Of a stretch of 64,000 nucleotides of DNA, positions 1 to 9,555 are shown piece by piece. Every line of letters begins with the position of its first letter. The first letter of the stretch is position 1. The position numbers and the translations under genes are program-made. Location of the stretch: the NCBI GenBank assembly GCA_001189075.1, contig LFCN01000006.1, positions 524,866 to 588,865 of the forward strand, written 5' to 3'. The stretch comes from Parcubacteria bacterium C7867-004. Lineage in GTDB: Bacteria; Patescibacteriota; Minisyncoccia; Phycocordibacterales; Phycocordibacteraceae. The notes beneath the pieces were generated by a model, which worked only from the letters and a program-made list of their open reading frames with translations, ran no database searches and had not been told where the DNA came from.

Positions 1-156
1 CTGCGCGCGCATCTCCGCCTGCTTCACGTTCGTAGCGGTAGCGGGAGCCGCCATACGGCGCGGCATGAGGAAGTTAAGCGCATGCCCGTCCGAACACTCG
101 ATAATAGAACCTGCCCTGCCCATGTTCTTCACGTCCTTCAGTAGTACGACTTTCAT
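1..156 (-). CDS. rplI: 50S ribosomal protein L9, N-terminal part only (gene continues past window start)
   Basis: Minus-strand translation from ATG at 154-156 gives MKVVLLKDVKNMGRAGSIIECSDGHALNFLMPRRMAAPATATNVKQAEMRAQ, matching the conserved L9 N-domain (MKVILLKDV.G.GK.G..V.DGYARNFL.P.G.A..AT..N). Absent from ORF track because truncated at window edge. Confidence 0.7.
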   Translation of the reverse strand, partial: MKVVLLKDVKNMGRAGSIIECSDGHALNFLMPRRMAAPATATNVKQAEMRAQ

Positions 157-218
157 ATAGGACTATCCTAGCTTTTACAGCGTACAAGTGCAACCAGTTA
201 CTTTGACAAAATGTATAA

Positions 219-677
219 GTGTATGATAAAAACTATCTGAAGTTCCCGCTTGTTTCCTTCAAAGAACTGGAGAGTGTAGTGACGAATACAGAGAAGATTG
301 CATGGGCCATCGTCGGCCTGCTCATGGGCAGCGGATGCACCTGGGCCGGCTCCGCCTATCAGGCTCGCGCAGACAAGGCCGCGTTCGAGGTCGAGGGCGC
401 CAAGATTGCCACCCGAGCGTTCGTGCGGGGCGCCTGCCCCTCGAACAGCTGCGTCCTCGACGTCACGGCACATTCGTGGGGACAGGGGCCGAAGCTGACC
501 TTCGTCATCATCGACAGCGGCGTCTACGCCCGCGCGCCCGACGGGAAGACTGATCTCTCGCACCAAGCGCTGCTCCCCCGCGTCTGCAGCGGAGTGAGGG
601 CATCGTCAAGCGAAGAGCAGTTCGGCACCTGCAACGTCGTGCCGCGCAAGAAAGAAAACTACGACTCGGACTTCTGA
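219..677 (+). CDS. hypothetical protein, possibly secreted/lipoprotein (probable internal start near 282; segment KIAWAIVGLLMGSGC resembles a signal peptide ending in Cys)
   Basis: ORF track 219..677; GC3-rich codons; no recognisable family. Confidence 0.3.
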   Translation: MYDKNYLKFPLVSFKELESVVTNTEKIAWAIVGLLMGSGCTWAGSAYQARADKAAFEVEGAKIATRAFVRGACPSNSCVLDVTAHSWGQGPKLTFVIIDSGVYARAPDGKTDLSHQALLPRVCSGVRASSSEEQFGTCNVVPRKKENYDSDF

Positions 678-725
678 ACATTCACGGGCGGCGCCATCAC
701 TGGAGTCGCCCTTTTCTATACCCTT

Positions 726-2003
726 CTATTTCCCGGTCGTAAGAAACTCTATAGCCCGTGCTTTCTGCGGATCCTTGCCCGCATCGTAATCGGCTTTCGT
801 ACGCTCCACCTTTATGTCAGGCGTGAGTCCTCCGTCGGAGATGGAACGGCCAGCCGGCGTGAGCCAGCGCGCAACCGTGACCTTGAGTGCGCCTCCATCG
901 ATATCAACGAGCTCCTGCACCGAACCCTTTCCAAATGAACGAGTACCGACGAGCGTCGCCTTCTTCTCGTCCTGGAGCGCTCCGGCGAGGATCTCGGAAG
1001 CGGATGCCGAGCCTTGATCGATAAGGATAACTACCTTGGTACCTTCCGGTACGCCTCCCCTGCCGGTGCTGCGGTGCACGATGTTCTCCTGCTTACCCTT
1101 ATAGTCTTCGGTTACCACGGTCGTTCCCTTCGGGAGGAACATGCTCGAGATCTGCACCGCGGACTCGAGGTAGCCGCCCGGATCACCGCGGAGATCGATG
1201 ATGAGCTTATCGGAGCCGCTTGCCCTAAACTCGGCGAGCGCTTTGGAGAAGAGCTGTCCGGAGTTCGCCGTAAAGCTATAGAGTGCGATCGTGTACACAC
1301 CTGACTTTGCATCAAGGCTGTTGTCGATGGTCGGCACATTGATCGTGTCGCGCACTACCGGGATCTTTATGGTCTCCGCATCACGGAAGATCGTTATCGT
1401 AACGGTCGTCCCCTTCTCGCCGCGGATCAGTTTCACCGCCTCATCGCTCGAGAGCCCCTCGGTAGACTTGCCGTCGATGGAGATGATAGCGTCACCCGAA
1501 CGGAAGCCCGCCTTATCGGCCGGCGTTCCCTTAAGAGGAGCGATGACGATAAGCACGCCGTCCTTGATGCCGATCTCCATGCCCACGCCGCCGAAGTTGC
1601 CTTTGATATCGTCCTGGAACACCTTTGCTTCTGCTGGCGGGAAGAAGGTGGTGTACGGGTCCCCATAGGATGCGGTGAGTCCTGCGATAGCGCCCCAGAG
1701 CTTCTCTTTTGTTCCCGGAAGAGTCGAGGAGGCGTGCGTCTCCACGAACTGTGCATCGAGCGCGTTCCATGCCTTCCAGAAGCTCGAGAGGTCCGCGGAC
1801 TCATCCGGGGTGGCGTCAAGCCCGTCACCGAGAATGGGCACCTTCGCGAATATCTTGCTCGCGGTGTTGGCGTTCACCGTCATGCCGCCGACGAAACCGA
1901 CGACGAGGATCACCGCGAACGCGACTCCGAGCTTCACCAACGAGGCGAACGAACGCGATCGCGCCTCCGTGACTTCGAATTCAGTATCCGTCTCCCTATC
2001 CAT
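726..2003 (-). CDS. ctpA: carboxyl-terminal processing protease (S41 peptidase with PDZ domain, N-terminal membrane anchor)
   Basis: ORF 726..2384. PDZ (GDAIISIDGKSTEGL) and S41 catalytic core (LIIDLRGDPGGYL, GSASASEILAGAL, K in TLVGTRSFGKGSVQ). Start trimmed to ATG at 2001-2003 (MDRETD...), because the longer ORF overlaps the divergent gene starting at 2019. Confidence 0.85.
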   Translation of the reverse strand: MDRETDTEFEVTEARSRSFASLVKLGVAFAVILVVGFVGGMTVNANTASKIFAKVPILGDGLDATPDESADLSSFWKAWNALDAQFVETHASSTLPGTKEKLWGAIAGLTASYGDPYTTFFPPAEAKVFQDDIKGNFGGVGMEIGIKDGVLIVIAPLKGTPADKAGFRSGDAIISIDGKSTEGLSSDEAVKLIRGEKGTTVTITIFRDAETIKIPVVRDTINVPTIDNSLDAKSGVYTIALYSFTANSGQLFSKALAEFRASGSDKLIIDLRGDPGGYLESAVQISSMFLPKGTTVVTEDYKGKQENIVHRSTGRGGVPEGTKVVILIDQGSASASEILAGALQDEKKATLVGTRSFGKGSVQELVDIDGGALKVTVARWLTPAGRSISDGGLTPDIKVERTKADYDAGKDPQKARAIEFLTTGK

Positions 2004-2018
2004 TAGAAGAATTGTACC

Positions 2019-3002
2019 ATGAGCGATTCTTATGCCCATACACCGAGCCGGATGGAGCTTCGTGCACGATATACTTACCAGCAAATGATCACTCGGCACA
2101 CCTTCGGTTCGGTCACGTGGCTCGATCTGGAATCCCCCGATCGTGACGAGGTGATGGAAGTGATGGAAGAGTTCGGCATCGACGAGCGCATTGAACAGGA
2201 GATCGCTTCCGCTACATCCTATCCCCTCTCCATAGCCTTTCCCGGGTACAGCTATCTGGTGCTGCATTTCCCTGTAACGGGAAGCGAGGACGGCGCCAGG
2301 GTCCAGGAAGTCGATTTCATCATCGGCAAGAGCTTCCTTATAACCGTCCGGTACGAGAGCATCGATGCGCTCTATAACCTGCATCGCGTACTCGAGGCTG
2401 AAGAGCTCCTCGGTACCTCAAAGAAGCTCAAGCCCGACGCTGTTCTCGTACGCGTCATGCACGGACTGTACGGCGCCATAAGCAGCGAAGCGGAACTGGC
2501 AGGCGCAAAACTGGAGCGTGTCGAGCGCGACATCTTTACCGGTCGCGAGCGTCAGGCGGTCCGCAAGATATCCGAAAGCGCGCGTGTGCTCCTTAGATTC
2601 GAGACGGCACTCGCCCGCCACGCGGAGCCGCTTGCCGATTTCCTCGCGATGCTGGGTAGCCCCGCATTCTTCGGTACGCGTTTCGACGAATACGCGGTGC
2701 GCATTGAGGCGGAGCATGCTCATGCGGCGTCCGTTGTCGCCTCCTATCGCGCTATCGCCTCGGAGCTCCGGAAGACCAATGACTCTCTCCTCACCTCCTC
2801 GCAAAGCCGGGTTATCCAGACCCTGACCGTCTTCTCCTTCGTAAGCTATCCGCCGCTGCTTATCGCCGCGATCTTCGCGATGGACACGACGGAAGGTATG
2901 CCCTTTGTTGGCCATGAGAACGGCTTCTGGATCGTTATCGGCCTGATGCTCGCTGCGATACTCGCATTCCTAGCGGTAGCGAAGAAGAATCGGTGGCTTT
3001 AG
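2019..3002 (+). CDS. corA: CorA-family divalent cation transporter-like protein with divergent selectivity motif
   Basis: Soluble N-domain plus two C-terminal TM helices separated by a short loop (IAAIFAMDTTEGMPF...WIVIGLMLAAILAFLAV), CorA topology; canonical YGMNF appears replaced by FAMD. Confidence 0.55.
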   Translation: MSDSYAHTPSRMELRARYTYQQMITRHTFGSVTWLDLESPDRDEVMEVMEEFGIDERIEQEIASATSYPLSIAFPGYSYLVLHFPVTGSEDGARVQEVDFIIGKSFLITVRYESIDALYNLHRVLEAEELLGTSKKLKPDAVLVRVMHGLYGAISSEAELAGAKLERVERDIFTGRERQAVRKISESARVLLRFETALARHAEPLADFLAMLGSPAFFGTRFDEYAVRIEAEHAHAASVVASYRAIASELRKTNDSLLTSSQSRVIQTLTVFSFVSYPPLLIAAIFAMDTTEGMPFVGHENGFWIVIGLMLAAILAFLAVAKKNRWL

Positions 3003-3295
3003 CCGCCCTGTGCCATCAGCACGAAGAACAGGATGACGAGCGCAGACGTACGAATGATGACGCCAAGAAGCGACCATGGCTTCTTGCTCCTGCCGGCGAA
3101 GTAGCTGACGATTAATGCCGGAAGGAGCGTGGCGACGACGAGCTTTCCCGTCAGGAAGCCGGCGAATTCAGGATCACTGAATCCTACGAAGGATGCGATC
3201 GCGCCGAGCCCGATAAGGAGCCAGACAAGACCCACTATCCAGACCTGTTTTACGATATTCATATGGTTAAAGTATATAGTACGAAATGTCTTCAA
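2999..3295 (-). CDS. small integral membrane protein, hypothetical
   Basis: ORF track; three hydrophobic helices; overlaps corA stop by 4 nt. Confidence 0.35.
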   Translation of the reverse strand: MKTFRTIYFNHMNIVKQVWIVGLVWLLIGLGAIASFVGFSDPEFAGFLTGKLVVATLLPALIVSYFAGRSKKPWSLLGVIIRTSALVILFFVLMAQGG

Positions 3296-3315
3296 ATCTA
3301 GGCTAGAATACTCCC

Positions 3316-4782
3316 ATGTCCTGGTTCAGTACCCTGTTCGCCCGGAAGCCGCAGTCGGCCAAGAGCAACGCTCCTATCTTCTTCAGCAATACCCTCACCG
3401 GTACGAAAGACCTCTTCTCCCCGCTTCGTGCGGGTACCGTACTCATGTATTCCTGCGGACCTACCGTCTACAGCAAACAGCACATTGGCAACCTGAAAGC
3501 CCCTCTCTTCGCGGACTTGGTCGCACGCGTTCTTGCGCAGGCCGGGTACCGCGTGAAGCGCGTCATCAACATCACCGACGTCGGGCACCTCCAGAGCAAT
3601 GGCGACGAAGGCGAAGACAAGATGGAAGTGGGCGCGAAACGGGAGGGACTCCATGCAAGCGATATCGCTGAGCGCTACGCCCTTATGTTCATCGAGGACA
3701 TCCAAGCGATAGGACTCGACACGAACGACATAAAGTTCCCGCGCGCAACCGACTACATCGAGGAACAGATCGCTATGGTGAAATCGCTCGAGGAGCGCGG
3801 CTACACGTACCGAACCCATGACGGTATCTATTTCGATACCAGCAAGTTCCCGTCCTACGGAAAGCTAGGGCATGTCCAGCCCACGCACTCACGCGAAGAA
3901 GCGCTCGCCGGCATCGGCAGGCGTATAACAGAGAACAAAGAGAAGCGGCAGGCGGCAGACTTCGCGCTCTGGAAGTTCTCTCCGCATGGCACCAAACGAG
4001 AGCAGGAGTGGCCGAGCCCTTGGGGCGTCGGCTTCCCCGGCTGGCACATCGAATGTTCTGCGATGGCAAAGGCACTCCTCGGTTCTGAGATTGATATCCA
4101 TACTGGCGGCATCGACCATATCCCCGTCCACCACAACAACGAGATAGCGCAGTCGGAAGTAGCGAACGGAAAGCCGCTCGCCCGTTTCTGGATGCACGAG
4201 GCATTCGTGAACGTCGCCGACGAGAAGATCTCGAAATCGCTCGGTAACGACGTCTACCTTTCCGATATCATCGACCGCGGCTTCCACCCGCTTTCGCTCC
4301 GCTACTTCTTCCTCCAGGCGCACTACCGGACCAGCATGTCGTTCACCTGGGACGCACTCGAAGCTAGCAACGAAGCCCTCACCCGTCTCTGGAAGCTCTG
4401 CGCAAAGGTACGGGAAGAAACCAAGGGTCCGAGCCGTCCCTCGGATACTAGCCGCCGCATGATAGCCATACTGCGCGAAGACCTTGCCACCCCTCAAGCA
4501 CTCGCGCTCCTCTGGGAGACCGTTAAGGATGAGGACATGGAGCGTTCGGAGCAGCTGGCCGTTATAGAGGCAGCTGAGGCCGTACTCGGACTCTCACTGC
4601 TCGAAGGACGTCCTCCGGTTACCGAACCCATCCCTGAACACATACAGGCGCTCGTAGAAGAGCGCGAGCAGGCCCGTCTAGCACGGGATTTCGGCAAGGC
4701 TGACGCGCTCCGTATCCACATAGAAGGCAGTGGATATCATGTGGAGGACGGGCCTTCTGGCGCCATAGTCACCCGCAGATAA
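3316..4782 (+). CDS. cysS: cysteinyl-tRNA synthetase
   Basis: Class I aaRS motifs: CGPTVYSKQHIGN (HIGH-like), Zn/Cys-binding region WHIECSAM, KISKSLGN (KMSKS). Confidence 0.9.
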   Translation: MSWFSTLFARKPQSAKSNAPIFFSNTLTGTKDLFSPLRAGTVLMYSCGPTVYSKQHIGNLKAPLFADLVARVLAQAGYRVKRVINITDVGHLQSNGDEGEDKMEVGAKREGLHASDIAERYALMFIEDIQAIGLDTNDIKFPRATDYIEEQIAMVKSLEERGYTYRTHDGIYFDTSKFPSYGKLGHVQPTHSREEALAGIGRRITENKEKRQAADFALWKFSPHGTKREQEWPSPWGVGFPGWHIECSAMAKALLGSEIDIHTGGIDHIPVHHNNEIAQSEVANGKPLARFWMHEAFVNVADEKISKSLGNDVYLSDIIDRGFHPLSLRYFFLQAHYRTSMSFTWDALEASNEALTRLWKLCAKVREETKGPSRPSDTSRRMIAILREDLATPQALALLWETVKDEDMERSEQLAVIEAAEAVLGLSLLEGRPPVTEPIPEHIQALVEEREQARLARDFGKADALRIHIEGSGYHVEDGPSGAIVTRR

Positions 4783-4800
4783 GGGGGATAGAATAGGGGG

Positions 4801-6159
4801 ATGGATGCTGTTCTGCGCGTACCTCCCCAAAGTCTCGATTCCGAGCGCGCATTGCTCGGCGCCCTTCTCCTTAAGCCTGATGCCCTTCACGACATCAGTG
4901 ACCTAGTGCGCCCTGATTCGTTCTACGCAGACAAGCACAAGATGATATTCGAGTGCATGCGTGAGCTCACCGAGCGCGGCGAGCCGATCGATATTCTTTC
5001 CATCAGCGAACGGCTTTCCGGCAAAGGCACCCTTGAGCGTGTCGGTGGCCGCGCATATGTCGCCGAACTCGCGAGCACCGCACCTACCCCAGGTAACTTC
5101 GCGCACTACGCCGAGCTCGTATCCCGCAAGCATCTGATGCGCGCGCTTATCGATACCTCGCATGAGATAACCGAGCTCGCGTACGACGACTCCCGGGATT
5201 CGGTAGAAGTGCTCGACCATGCAGAGAAGTCGATCTATGCCATCAGCAACGCGACAGCCGCCCACAAGTTCGTCGCTATCAAGGACAAACTGGATGAGAC
5301 CTGGGACCGCATCGAGCAGCTCTCAAAGAATGACGGCGCGATCCGCGGCACCCCGACCGGTTTCCCTGAGCTTGATAATCTCCTCTCCGGTTTCCATAAG
5401 TCCGATCTCATCATCCTCGCCGCGCGGCCTTCGGTTGGTAAGACGTCATTCGCGCTCGATATCGCCCGCAACGCAGCCGTGCAGCACAACGTGCCGGTAG
5501 GTATCTTCTCGCTCGAGATGAGCTCGGACCAGATCATCGACCGCATGCTCTCGGCGGAAGCGTTCGTGGACTCGTGGAAGATTCGCACCGGCGCGGTCCG
5601 TGCTGAAGAAGACTTCGCGAAGATCCGCGACGCGCTCGAAACGCTCTCCAAAGCCCCTATCTACATCGACGACAAGCCGGGCAACAACATCCTCGCGATG
5701 CGCGCAGTAGCCCGAAGGCTCAAGCGCGAGCAAGGTATCGGTCTCATCATCGTCGACTACCTCCAGCTCATGTCGCCGACCAGCACGAAGAACTCGGACT
5801 CCATGGTGCAGCAGGTAACCGAGATCTCACGATCCTTGAAGCAACTCGCACGCGAGCTCGACGTGCCGGTCTTGGCCCTCTCCCAGCTCTCCCGTGCGGT
5901 TGAGCAGCGTGGAGGGAAGCCTCGCCTCTCAGACCTCCGTGACTCGGGATCCATCGAGCAGGACGCGGACGTGGTTATGTTCATCCACCGAGAAGACAAG
6001 AACAATCCGGACAGCGAGCGCCAGAACATCGCCGAGATCCTCATCGAGAAGCATCGTAACGGTCCGACCGGCAAGGTCGAGCTCATGTTCGACCAGAAGC
6101 GCACGAGCTTCATGTCGCTTGATAAGTCAGGGTACGGCGATCTCGCGAGCGAATTCTAG
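4801..6159 (+). CDS. dnaB: replicative DNA helicase DnaB
   Basis: N-terminal DnaB domain (PQSLDSERALLGALLL), Walker A ARPSVGKTSFALDIARNAA, Walker B LIIVDYLQLM, C-terminal RecA-like fold. 452 aa, no intein. Confidence 0.9.
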   Translation: MDAVLRVPPQSLDSERALLGALLLKPDALHDISDLVRPDSFYADKHKMIFECMRELTERGEPIDILSISERLSGKGTLERVGGRAYVAELASTAPTPGNFAHYAELVSRKHLMRALIDTSHEITELAYDDSRDSVEVLDHAEKSIYAISNATAAHKFVAIKDKLDETWDRIEQLSKNDGAIRGTPTGFPELDNLLSGFHKSDLIILAARPSVGKTSFALDIARNAAVQHNVPVGIFSLEMSSDQIIDRMLSAEAFVDSWKIRTGAVRAEEDFAKIRDALETLSKAPIYIDDKPGNNILAMRAVARRLKREQGIGLIIVDYLQLMSPTSTKNSDSMVQQVTEISRSLKQLARELDVPVLALSQLSRAVEQRGGKPRLSDLRDSGSIEQDADVVMFIHREDKNNPDSERQNIAEILIEKHRNGPTGKVELMFDQKRTSFMSLDKSGYGDLASEF

Positions 6160-6161
6160 CC

Positions 6162-6767
6162 ATGCGTGACCGCATCGAAGACCTTACTGCAGCGTTCACC
6201 CGCCTCCCCGGCATTGGCCCGAGGCAGGCAAAGCGTTTCGTCTACCATCTCCTTTCCGTACCCCCTTCGGATCGCGCACGCTTAGCCGATCTTATCCTCA
6301 ATATCGGCGCCGATATCCGCCAGTGCCGCATGTGCATGCGCTTCGCTCCTTCCGACAGCGACGGTCTCTGTAACTATTGTGCCGACGTGTCTCGCGACGA
6401 CGGACTCCTCATGCTCGTTGAGAAGGACCAGGACCTGCTCGCGGTTGAGCGCGCGGGAACGTATCGCGGCCGATACTTCGTACTCGGGGGCGTGCTCACC
6501 CTCTCCGGCAAGGGCGCTATCCGCGAGCGCGACCTGATCCGCGTGGTTGAGGCCAGAAGTACGGAAGGACTTCGGGAGATTGTCCTCGCGCTCTCGGCAA
6601 CGAGCGAAGGCGAACATACCGCTGACCGCATTCGCGAGGTCTTGCAACCACTTCGCGGTTCGCTCCTCCTGTCCGAGCTCGGGCGCGGGCTCTCGACCGG
6701 TGCAGAGCTTGAGTACGCCGACTCCACCACCCTTTCCGCCGCCCTTCAGAACCGAAAAGAAACCTAA
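6162..6767 (+). CDS. recR: recombination protein RecR
   Basis: HhH N-terminus (LPGIGPRQAKRFVYHL), C4 zinc finger (CRMC...CNYC), Toprim region (LMLVEKDQDLLAVE). Confidence 0.85.
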   Translation: MRDRIEDLTAAFTRLPGIGPRQAKRFVYHLLSVPPSDRARLADLILNIGADIRQCRMCMRFAPSDSDGLCNYCADVSRDDGLLMLVEKDQDLLAVERAGTYRGRYFVLGGVLTLSGKGAIRERDLIRVVEARSTEGLREIVLALSATSEGEHTADRIREVLQPLRGSLLLSELGRGLSTGAELEYADSTTLSAALQNRKET

Positions 6768-7292
6768 TTAGAGCTGTAAGAGAGAGCGTACGCGCTCATC
6801 AAATGCTGCTGCGTGATAGTGGAGCGGAAATGGTACGAGCTGTCCCTTATTCAGGACAGTAAAGCCATCCGCAAGCAGCGGAGCTTCCAGGAGGCGTACG
6901 ATATTCGATTTCACCAATATAATTGGAGTGTTATGTCCGGTTCCCAAGAGATTCTTGAGATCAGCTATAAAAACAGGATAGTTTGCGAGAATCATTGCAT
7001 CCGCCTCCTTATCCGGAAGCTTGTTAACGTGAGTATAGATAGGATTTACCAATATCCAACCCTTCGCAGCAAGCGCCTCAAGTCCTTCTGGCTTACTACT
7101 CGGAGTAATACCAAGTAGTTTCATATACGCTCGAAATAAGACTTCGGAAACCTTTCCATTCGTATCGTAGAAATAGCCGTGTCCTTCAGGAGGCGACTCC
7201 AGAATGAATACGGTCGAAAGCTTCTTAGGCAGATAAGCGTTTCGAAGTCTTATATATTCCTCCTCCATTACCAAGAACGGTACCACGAACAA
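6768..7292 (-). CDS. hypothetical protein (174 aa) on a low-GC patch
   Basis: ORF track. Local GC about 45% versus about 60% in flanks. No confident family assignment. Confidence 0.45.
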   Translation of the reverse strand: MFVVPFLVMEEEYIRLRNAYLPKKLSTVFILESPPEGHGYFYDTNGKVSEVLFRAYMKLLGITPSSKPEGLEALAAKGWILVNPIYTHVNKLPDKEADAMILANYPVFIADLKNLLGTGHNTPIILVKSNIVRLLEAPLLADGFTVLNKGQLVPFPLHYHAAAFDERVRSLLQL

Positions 7293-7297
7293 ATGAA

Positions 7298-7326
7298 AAT
7301 CCCGGGAGCTTCCGCTCTCGGGATGT
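7298..7326 (-). terminator. intrinsic terminator hairpin (ATCCCGGGAG/CTCTCGGGAT with one mismatch, then U-tract on minus strand)
   Basis: Inverted repeat read directly; on the minus strand it is followed by TTTTCATTTG; sits just 3' of the CDS ending at 7331. Confidence 0.45.
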
Positions 7327-7330
7327 TTAG

Positions 7331-7639
7331 CTACGCGGCCATTGCCGCCTGTTCGTCAGTCACCCAGCCATATTCGAGCATGTGCTGGATGTGTTCGGAA
7401 GGAGCATGGATGAGGCCCGTGTACGGCTCTCCCTTGCGCGCCGGCTCCTCGACGGTCACGAAGTAGGTGCGGTGCGGAATCCCGTGCCCGCAGAGTTCGA
7501 GTTTTCCGCCCGTGGTCGGCGAATTCACCTCCACCGTCTTCCACGCTATTGTCGGCAACTGCTCGAGATTAGGGCCCGGTTCCGGATCCCGCACTTCGAT
7601 TCGAATGGAAACTTTCCCAACGATCTGGACATCCTGCAT
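7331..7639 (-). CDS. hypothetical protein (about 102 aa)
   Basis: ORF 7331..7645. Probable true start MQDVQIV with AAGGAG Shine-Dalgarno 8 nt upstream (ORF-track M is a TTG). Confidence 0.45.
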   Translation of the reverse strand: MQDVQIVGKVSIRIEVRDPEPGPNLEQLPTIAWKTVEVNSPTTGGKLELCGHGIPHRTYFVTVEEPARKGEPYTGLIHAPSEHIQHMLEYGWVTDEQAAMAA

Positions 7640-7726
7640 ATCCAAACTCCTTTGCCTATGCAGTTAGGGATACCGTACCACCCGGTACCCGTAAACGACA
7701 AGACCCGCTTCCGCGGGTCTTGTTCG

Positions 7727-8062
7727 TTACTTCGAGATCGAATCGATCTTCACCTTGATCTCCGGCTGGCGGTGACCACGACGCTTGAGGTAGCGACTCT
7801 TCGCCTTGTACTTAACGACGTCGATCTTCTTTGCGCGGCCGACGATCTGAACGGTTCCGGTAACGGTCTTGCCCTCGAGCATCGGGGTGCCGACCGTAGC
7901 GGTCTTGCCGTCGTCGGTCATAAGCACCTCATCGAAGGTGATGGTGTCACCCTTCTTGAGCGGTACGGTATTGATACCGCGACCGATCTTCTCAATGGTA
8001 ACCATGGCTCCTGGGGAGACCACGTACTGCTTTCCGCCCGTCTTTATCACTGCGAGTTCCAT
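7727..8062 (-). CDS. rplU: 50S ribosomal protein L21
   Basis: MELAVIKTGGKQYVVSPG...KIDVVKYKAKSRYLKRRGHRQ is the L21 signature. Confidence 0.9.
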   Translation of the reverse strand: MELAVIKTGGKQYVVSPGAMVTIEKIGRGINTVPLKKGDTITFDEVLMTDDGKTATVGTPMLEGKTVTGTVQIVGRAKKIDVVKYKAKSRYLKRRGHRQPEIKVKIDSISK

Positions 8063-8159
8063 AATAGGCCTATATTAAAGGGTTTCGGCTAAAAAGCAAG
8101 CGCCCGGCAAGGCCTGGGAGGCAATGAAAAGGCCGTCCGGTTCTTCGGGCGGTCTCTAT

Positions 8160-8441
8160 TCAAAGGTATACAGGGCAGGCACTCCCCAGTGGCCTGGCCA
8201 AGTATTTCCTGTTGTGGATGATGCATCTGTCCGGGCCCCGTTTTACAAGACCCTCTGCGGCCAGTATGCGAACAACAGATTGATCTGCCTCCACATACAG
8301 TGACTGCTGGGATGAGTACTCGAACCAGAGGTAGAGCATTGCACCCAGACACATAAGAGCGATTACCAGGGTAACCCAGATCATCGGCACCTTAGCCGGA
8401 AGCGGTTCATACCTCACGACGCCCTCCCTACTATGCAGCAC
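8160..8441 (-). CDS. small membrane protein, hypothetical
   Basis: ORF track; one strong TM helix (MIWVTLVIALMCLGAMLYLWF); alternative overlapping ORF 8089..8352 makes the call uncertain. Confidence 0.3.
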   Translation of the reverse strand: MLHSREGVVRYEPLPAKVPMIWVTLVIALMCLGAMLYLWFEYSSQQSLYVEADQSVVRILAAEGLVKRGPDRCIIHNRKYLARPLGSACPVYL

Positions 8442-8472
8442 TCAACAGCGAGCACCCATAAAAAGTATACTC

Positions 8473-9528
8473 CTACTCGTCCGCGCTTCCCGGCTTATCC
8501 AGTATCAGCGACTCAAGTCCGATCTTCTCCCCAGTGATGCGATAGACGTCTTTGTCCACCTTCCCGAGTTCCTTTGAGCCGGCGTTGTAATGGGAGACCA
8601 CTGTCCCAAGCGCGTTGCCGAGCTTCTTGTAGTAATCCTCATAGGATGAGAGATGCTTCCCAAGCTCCCCCACTCGCTTCTGGATCTCCTCTGCCTGCTT
8701 CTCGATCTGGAGCGCTTTAAGCCCCTGCATCACGGTCTGGAGGTAGGCAAGAAACGACGTCGGCGAGACGATGATCACCTTGTACTTCGATGCTGCGCGC
8801 TGTATCAGGTTCTCGTCCTCTCCGGCGCCCACCTGGTTCGTAAGGAGATCATAATAAATGCCCTCGGACGGGATGAACATGAACGCGAAGTCCATGGTGT
8901 TCTCTTCGGGACGGATGTATTTGGCAGTCTCTGAGATGCGGAGCTTGAGGTCGTTCACGAACGCCTTCTCGAGCGTTACGCGCTCGGCGCCTTCCGCATG
9001 CACGAAGCGATTGTAGTTATCGAGCGAGAACTTCGAGTCGATCGGGACGATTTTCTCGTTCACGAATACCGCAGCGTCCACGATCTCCCCATTGGTGAAG
9101 GGATACTGCATCTGGAACATGCCCGGAGGAAGCACATTCTTCAAGACCGTCTCGAGATAGTACTCGCCGAGGATGCCGCGCTGCTTCGGGTTCTTGAGTA
9201 TGTCCTGAAGGCTTTTCAGCTGCTCGGCGAACTTACCCGTCTCGCGACCGATCTCCTTCACCGAGGTTATCTCCGTCGTTATCTCCCGGATGAGCCGGGA
9301 GGATTCCCCGAGCTGGCTGCGCATCGTATCGTCCATACGCTTTGCGGACTCGTGCATGCGGGAATCGAGCGCTCGTTCGAGGTTCTCCATCTGCTTCTGG
9401 ATCAACATGAGTCCGCCATTGTCTTCAGGCTTCTTGTCCTGCTCGCGCTTGCGGAGCATGAGCCAGAGGCCGATGCCTTGAACGAAAACGAGGGCGAGCA
9501 CGATGAGCGCAACGGTCAGGATATCCAT
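8473..9528 (-). CDS. rmuC: DNA recombination protein RmuC
   Basis: N-terminal TM anchor, long coiled coil, then RmuC C-terminal nuclease-like domain (KYKVIIVSPTSFLAYL). Confidence 0.8.
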   Translation of the reverse strand: MDILTVALIVLALVFVQGIGLWLMLRKREQDKKPEDNGGLMLIQKQMENLERALDSRMHESAKRMDDTMRSQLGESSRLIREITTEITSVKEIGRETGKFAEQLKSLQDILKNPKQRGILGEYYLETVLKNVLPPGMFQMQYPFTNGEIVDAAVFVNEKIVPIDSKFSLDNYNRFVHAEGAERVTLEKAFVNDLKLRISETAKYIRPEENTMDFAFMFIPSEGIYYDLLTNQVGAGEDENLIQRAASKYKVIIVSPTSFLAYLQTVMQGLKALQIEKQAEEIQKRVGELGKHLSSYEDYYKKLGNALGTVVSHYNAGSKELGKVDKDVYRITGEKIGLESLILDKPGSADE

Positions 9529-9555
9529 ATATCGATTATACCTAATCTCGGCCGA

